This document shows positions 59,672 through 64,000 of a stretch of DNA of 64,000 nucleotides, one piece after another. Below the pieces are notes generated by a model. That model searched no databases, was not told the origin of the DNA, and saw only the letters and a list, made by a program, of their open reading frames with translations. The stretch covers positions 3,488,001-3,552,000 of the forward strand of contig CBDBDQ010000005.1 in NCBI GenBank assembly GCA_965203905.1. The letters are read 5' to 3'. A program made the translations under genes and the position numbers. Every line of letters begins with the position of its first letter. Position 1 is the first letter of the stretch. Source of the stretch: Spirochaetia bacterium (GTDB lineage: Bacteria > Spirochaetota > Spirochaetia > SZUA-6 > Bin103).

Positions 59672-59912
59672 ATGAGTGCTGTGCTCATCACTCCAAGTTC
59701 CGCTGGAGACAATCGGTGCTCTGAGGCGGCTGGCGCGCAGCAACCACCGGTCCCTGCAGAGCGAACTGCGTGTTATTCTGGAGCGGGCCGCCAGGATGAC
59801 GCCTCCCGAGGGCGTGCACCCGAATTCAAGCTGGAGACGGTCCGGACGGGCTACACGGCATCATGGAGCCGCGAAGAGATCTATGGCGGCGATGGTCGGT
59901 GAGGTCGTGTTC
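59672..59912 (+). pseudogene. FitA-like RHH antitoxin with two compensating frameshifts, plus first codons of a PIN toxin
   Basis: MSAVLI / (other frame) VPLETIGALRRLARSNHRSLQSELRVILERAA / FKLETVRTG..SWSREEIYGGDGR*. An overlapping ATG at 59892 gives MVGEVVF, then the sequence diverges. Confidence 0.75.
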
Positions 59913-59976
59913 CAATCGAACATGGCGGCGCAACTACATTGTCGATCTGATTGAGTCTATTGAGGAGTAATTTCGG

Positions 59977-61632
59977 ATGAAACTAAGATCGGTAGAGCTT
60001 TCGAATTTCAAGGCGTTTGGTGATACCACTCGTTTTGAACTCGCTCCAATCACTCTGATATTCGGCGAAAACAGCGCAGGAAAGAGCTCCATTCTTCAGT
60101 CGCTCAGTCTGATGAAGCAGACTCGGGAGAGTCGAGAAGCTGGTGCACCGCTATTGCCACGGGTAGAGGGTGGAATTACTGATCTTGGAAGTTTCCAGGA
60201 GATGCTCTTTGACCATGACCTGTCTCGAACGCTTTCGATCGGGCTACAAGTCGATACTACGGATGGGGCGTTACACCCCTCCGCGACACACAGATGGTTC
60301 GGGGGTTTGTCCCCGGAATCTATTGGACTCTCCATTCGTTTTCATCGGTCGGGACCCCAGGACGAAGTCGAGGTCCCCGACTTGGATGTGAATTGCTCGA
60401 TGTTGAATGAGCCATTGGCGTCGTTTGCGCTTAGGGGTCTTAATTCTAGAGAACGCAAGTTTGTCGATGAGTTCTATTGGCATCCCTCTCGTGGTAGACA
60501 TCGCGCTCAACAGCGGAAACTCCGGGCTGCGGTGTGTACCCGGCTCTCCGACAGTCCTGATATGTGGACGGACGTGTATTCGGCGTGGGTGAAGAACACC
60601 GATGCGATAAGAAGTGCGCTTGAGGATATAGAAAAAGACGCAGTGAAGGGGGCAGGCCCCTTCGTTATGCGCGCCGACCGCGACGACTCCAGCGACGCGA
60701 GGAAAGAACGTGAGAACTGGCATAGAAGAGTTAGACAGGCGCTGAGCTTTTATTCTTCGAAGTTCAGCGTCGTTGAGTTTGTCAAGCGGATGACGACTGA
60801 AGCGCACTCCACCGTTTTGGCTATGGACGGGTTTATCCCAGTTCAGCTTCCGTATACAGCGGCTGCACCTGAGTTCGTTGCGCTGAAGTACCGTATCACG
60901 CGGGACACCCACAAGCTCCCAATACTAGATATCTCTGATATAGCGCCGTTTGTCGGTCACGTCTTGGATGATGTTCTCGAGTCTCTTTTTCCAATGGGAC
61001 CGTTCCGGCGTCCACCGGAACGTTGGTACATATTCACCGGTACCAGCCCGGAGGATGTTGGATATCGCGGTGACTCGCTTCCCGACCTCCTGTTCCGCCG
61101 GCCCGACTTGATCGATGTAGCAAACAACTGGCTTGAGCGTCTAGGGATTGGCTACGGCCTGAGTGTGCGTCCAATTGCTGCGGAGAGCGACCTCTTTGAA
61201 GTTCGGTTGGTCGACCGCCGGCGTTCACGGGAGGTCGACGTCGCTCTTTCTGACGTAGGATTCGGTATCAGTCAAATTCTCCCGTTTATTGTACAGACTC
61301 TGGCATCTAGGGATCAGATCATCTCTATTGAGCAGCCAGAAGTACATATCCACCCTCGGCTGCAGGCCGACCTGGGAGATCTGCTAACAACCGCGATTCA
61401 GGGCCCGTATCGGCATCAATTTTTAGTAGAGACACATAGCGAGCACCTCATCCTGCGATTGCAGAAGGCAGTTCGCGACCGCCGACTCCGTCCCCACGAA
61501 ATATCCGTATTGTTCATCTCGCGTGAGAGTCGCGGCTCCCGTGCGAGAAGATTACGACTCGATGAAGACGGGACCTTCATGGACGAGTGGCCAGGCGGCT
61601 TCTTTGCTGAGCGTCTTCGGGAGTTGACCTAA
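59977..61632 (+). CDS. ABC/SMC-type AAA ATPase with DUF3696-like tail
   Basis: Walker A GENSAGKS, signature LSDVGFGISQ, Walker B ISIEQPE..HP, H-loop ETHSEH and C-terminal LDEDG..WPGGFF. Confidence 0.92.
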   Translation: MKLRSVELSNFKAFGDTTRFELAPITLIFGENSAGKSSILQSLSLMKQTRESREAGAPLLPRVEGGITDLGSFQEMLFDHDLSRTLSIGLQVDTTDGALHPSATHRWFGGLSPESIGLSIRFHRSGPQDEVEVPDLDVNCSMLNEPLASFALRGLNSRERKFVDEFYWHPSRGRHRAQQRKLRAAVCTRLSDSPDMWTDVYSAWVKNTDAIRSALEDIEKDAVKGAGPFVMRADRDDSSDARKERENWHRRVRQALSFYSSKFSVVEFVKRMTTEAHSTVLAMDGFIPVQLPYTAAAPEFVALKYRITRDTHKLPILDISDIAPFVGHVLDDVLESLFPMGPFRRPPERWYIFTGTSPEDVGYRGDSLPDLLFRRPDLIDVANNWLERLGIGYGLSVRPIAAESDLFEVRLVDRRRSREVDVALSDVGFGISQILPFIVQTLASRDQIISIEQPEVHIHPRLQADLGDLLTTAIQGPYRHQFLVETHSEHLILRLQKAVRDRRLRPHEISVLFISRESRGSRARRLRLDEDGTFMDEWPGGFFAERLRELT

Positions 61633-61642
61633 CCGCTCCGCC

Positions 61643-62659
61643 ATGCTAACCAGCGTCGTTATCGACCCACTGTGTTTCACAAACAGAGCGCTACAAGAGC
61701 CCGAAGTTCGCTTTGGTGCTGAACAGCTACTAGACGGTGTGATCAAAAATGGCGTGTTTCTAGCCGACGACGCCAGAACCTTCCTTCAAGAACTCGTCTC
61801 ATCTGTCACCACACTGAGTTCGACCTCCGGGCAACGAGTGCAGCTCCTTGTCGCTGAGATTGCAAAGACGCCCCATAGGTATGTTGCAGCCGCCCGCCGG
61901 CCGTTATACACGACAAGCCCGAGTAACCGGCTATCACTGATGGCAGCAGTTGCAGGTGCGATGAGAGCGGACGTCATTATCTGTCAGTGTGACTCGGACG
62001 TACGCCGTTTATCAACACTCAATCAACCTCCGATCGAAGCATGTACGTTGTCCGGCTACAATATGTCAAGAGCAGAGACGAAACGCAACACGTGGTATCG
62101 GACAACGCGGATCGACACTCTTCCAACGAGTGTTTGTAACGAAATAGTGGGAAGAGTGCTCAAGTATACTAACGAGATCTTGATCGCCGATCGGTTCTTC
62201 GCGATTGCCGCGAACAGCGGATGGCCGAATCCCCGATTGCGTCGATTTGCGGCAGGAGTGGTTTTCTTGGCTAATTGTTGGTGTCGGGATTCCCCGTACA
62301 ACAGTAGGTCCCGCCCAATATTGCATATTGTGTCAGTCGTGGGAAATACGAGCGCAGCGGGTCAGTATGTGGACCCAAGAGTGGTCGAGGCGAACATTCG
62401 TACCGCAATCGCGGCGCTGGACACGCAGAATAGTGTGGGCAGTATCGTGATTTCACTGAAACACGACAGACATCCACGGATCGCGAATGACAGATTCCTC
62501 TTCGGGAAGGGTAGATGTTTCGGCGTGATGCACGGGATTGACGACATCGGTAACCTTGCGGCACCCCAGTCGGCTAGGAGACCGACATCACTTGTTCCTG
62601 ACTGCGATGATCACCGTGCGTTGCTTGTCGAGATCAGATCGCTCAAAGCAGCTACATAA
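61643..62659 (+). CDS. Hypothetical protein, putative PIN-like N-terminus plus PLD-like nuclease C-terminus
   Basis: N-terminal VVIDP and later ADVII; C-terminal ILIADRF, HDRH..NDRFL and HGID. Lies 10 nt after the ATPase gene. Confidence 0.65.
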   Translation: MLTSVVIDPLCFTNRALQEPEVRFGAEQLLDGVIKNGVFLADDARTFLQELVSSVTTLSSTSGQRVQLLVAEIAKTPHRYVAAARRPLYTTSPSNRLSLMAAVAGAMRADVIICQCDSDVRRLSTLNQPPIEACTLSGYNMSRAETKRNTWYRTTRIDTLPTSVCNEIVGRVLKYTNEILIADRFFAIAANSGWPNPRLRRFAAGVVFLANCWCRDSPYNSRSRPILHIVSVVGNTSAAGQYVDPRVVEANIRTAIAALDTQNSVGSIVISLKHDRHPRIANDRFLFGKGRCFGVMHGIDDIGNLAAPQSARRPTSLVPDCDDHRALLVEIRSLKAAT

Positions 62660-62904
62660 TGGAGAGAACCTCCTTTGTGGTATGATTAGAGGTGTATTCT
62701 GAATCTTGGCGAGCATCTCGATGCGGAGGACTCTGGCTAGTTTCGGTAATTCAAAAAAACCTCACGCATTGACGAGTGCTTTCCAAGTGTGTCGAAAAGC
62801 ACATATGATCGATTTTCAGGCAAGGTGCGTAACAGAAGACGACAGAGACACTAACCTCACACGTGACTAACACCGCGATACTCCGAGCAGATCCTGAGTC
62901 TGGA

Positions 62905-63520
62905 GTCGGTCGGCTCGTGCCGTCGGCGAGGCGCGGTACGTGGTAGGTTTGCGAAGGCGTCGTAGGGGAAGCGGGCGGCCAAGCGCTTGTCCATCTCGAT
63001 GCCCAGCCGGGCGCTCGGTGACGTCTACCGTCCCGTTGTGTTACCTCGGGGATACCGGGGATCTGGTCCTCCTCGGCCGGCGCGGAGCTACCATTTCTGG
63101 ATGACGAAGTTGGGCACGTGCAGGTCGAGGTGCCCGTTGGCGGCCATGCCGACCAGCGACACGCCACGCGGGACGGGGCAGGCGGTGCGCTCGCCGCATG
63201 CCGCGCGCAGGCTTGCTTTGCTAGTAGCTTCAGGGTCGCGGTGATGCCACTTCCAAGAGCTATACCGACAGCTCGCCCATCGCCAGCGGTGTCCCGCACC
63301 GGGAGCACAGCAAGCGAAGAAGCCGATCTCCTCCGGCGCCAGCAGATCCTCCAGGAAGAACAGCCGGTTGGGTTCCGGCAGAGCCTTGGCCAGCCGTACC
63401 GCATCGACCGGCGCCATGCGCTCGTGGATGTCGTACAGCAGCTCCGCCTTCGGCGGATCGCCGGTGAGCGCCTTCTCGAACAGCTCCGTTACCCGGCGGA
63501 GCGGAGCAAAAGGGGAAGCG
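62905..63520 (-). pseudogene. Degenerate mannonate dehydratase (RspA/ManD-like) gene
   Basis: Fragments ELLYDIHER..AVRLAK.L..RLFFLED, VS.VGMAAN.HLDL.VPNF.IQ.W and PGLGI in different frames. Confidence 0.8.
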
Positions 63521-63559
63521 TTGGAGAAGGACTGCGCGCGATCAGCGTCGTGGTGCCTG

Positions 63560-64000
63560 ATGAGGCGATCACGCTGGCGGTGTCGCTGGACGGGGTGATG
63601 GCGTCGATGCGGGACGGGGCAAGGCAAGAATAGCGCGCCGTAGCACGCGCCGAGTGGCGCGTTACCAAGGGGCCTGCCGGCTACCGGGAGTGGCTGTGGC
63701 ACGGTGTCATGCTACGACGCCGCTGGGGAGCGCTTGAGCACGCTGCGCTGTGGGTGGATGCCCGGAGACCAGGAAAGCGACGCTCAACAGATGCTGGACG
63801 CCGAGTAAAGGCGGCGCTGGAGCAACGGCCCGATCTGCGGGTGGTCAAGCTGGCCGACGCGGCGCGCGACAATCGGGATTTCTCGGCAGTTGGCGCAGGC
63901 TGAAAGCAGCGAGGAGTTGGTGGACTTCTTCATGCCTCCGAGCAACTGAGGCGACCACCGACGCCGCCTACGGCGAGAGCAACTCGCACGGTCGAGCGCA
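63560..64000 (+). mobile_element. Decayed ISKra4/ISLre2-like (IS256 superfamily) transposase, runs off the window
   Basis: AVSLDGVM, QRPDLRVVKLADAARDN and LVDFFHASEQL, with stops and frameshifts. Confidence 0.72.

Noticed and set aside
1-64000. CRISPR array, integron attC array, rRNA or tRNA
   Set aside because: No regularly spaced repeats. Scattered CTAAC/GTTAG words lack attC pairing. GGTTCGAA at 23101 has no cloverleaf context.

Overview
GC-rich bacterial chromosomal window. The Cys-less 'WA-GG/AA-xxE' signal peptides of its solute-binding proteins suggest a Spirochaetia-like organism (inference only). The backbone is carbohydrate/acid-sugar catabolism and uptake: 4 ABC importer clusters with no ATPase gene, 3 atypical GH32-fold proteins, a GHL6/GH151-like hydrolase, a sulfatase, 3 enolase-superfamily enzymes, 4 SDRs, 3 aldo/keto reductases, and LLM, PhyH, RraA and DHDPS-like genes. 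Many small accessory modules interrupt this backbone: an orphan m4C-type DNA methyltransferase, a long HNH protein, intact TA pairs (AbiE, MNT-HEPN, HigBA-like), a Fic protein, five toxin-less or decayed TA remnants, an IS1-family relic with two passenger genes, and an ISKra4/ISLre2-like relic. The best candidates for undescribed systems are: (i) an RHH-fused glycine-rich membrane protein coupled to a nuclease-like membrane protein (26.7-29.2 kb); (ii) an ABC-type ATPase plus a PIN/PLD-like protein (60.0-62.7 kb); (iii) a 3.6-kb permease-sulfatase block bounded by a perfect 10-bp inverted repeat, whose inversion would rebuild a collinear operon; (iv) a GH32 subfamily lacking the canonical acid/base Glu. 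No rRNA, tRNA, CRISPR array, integrase or reverse transcriptase was seen. All family calls are by motif recognition; no database search was run.
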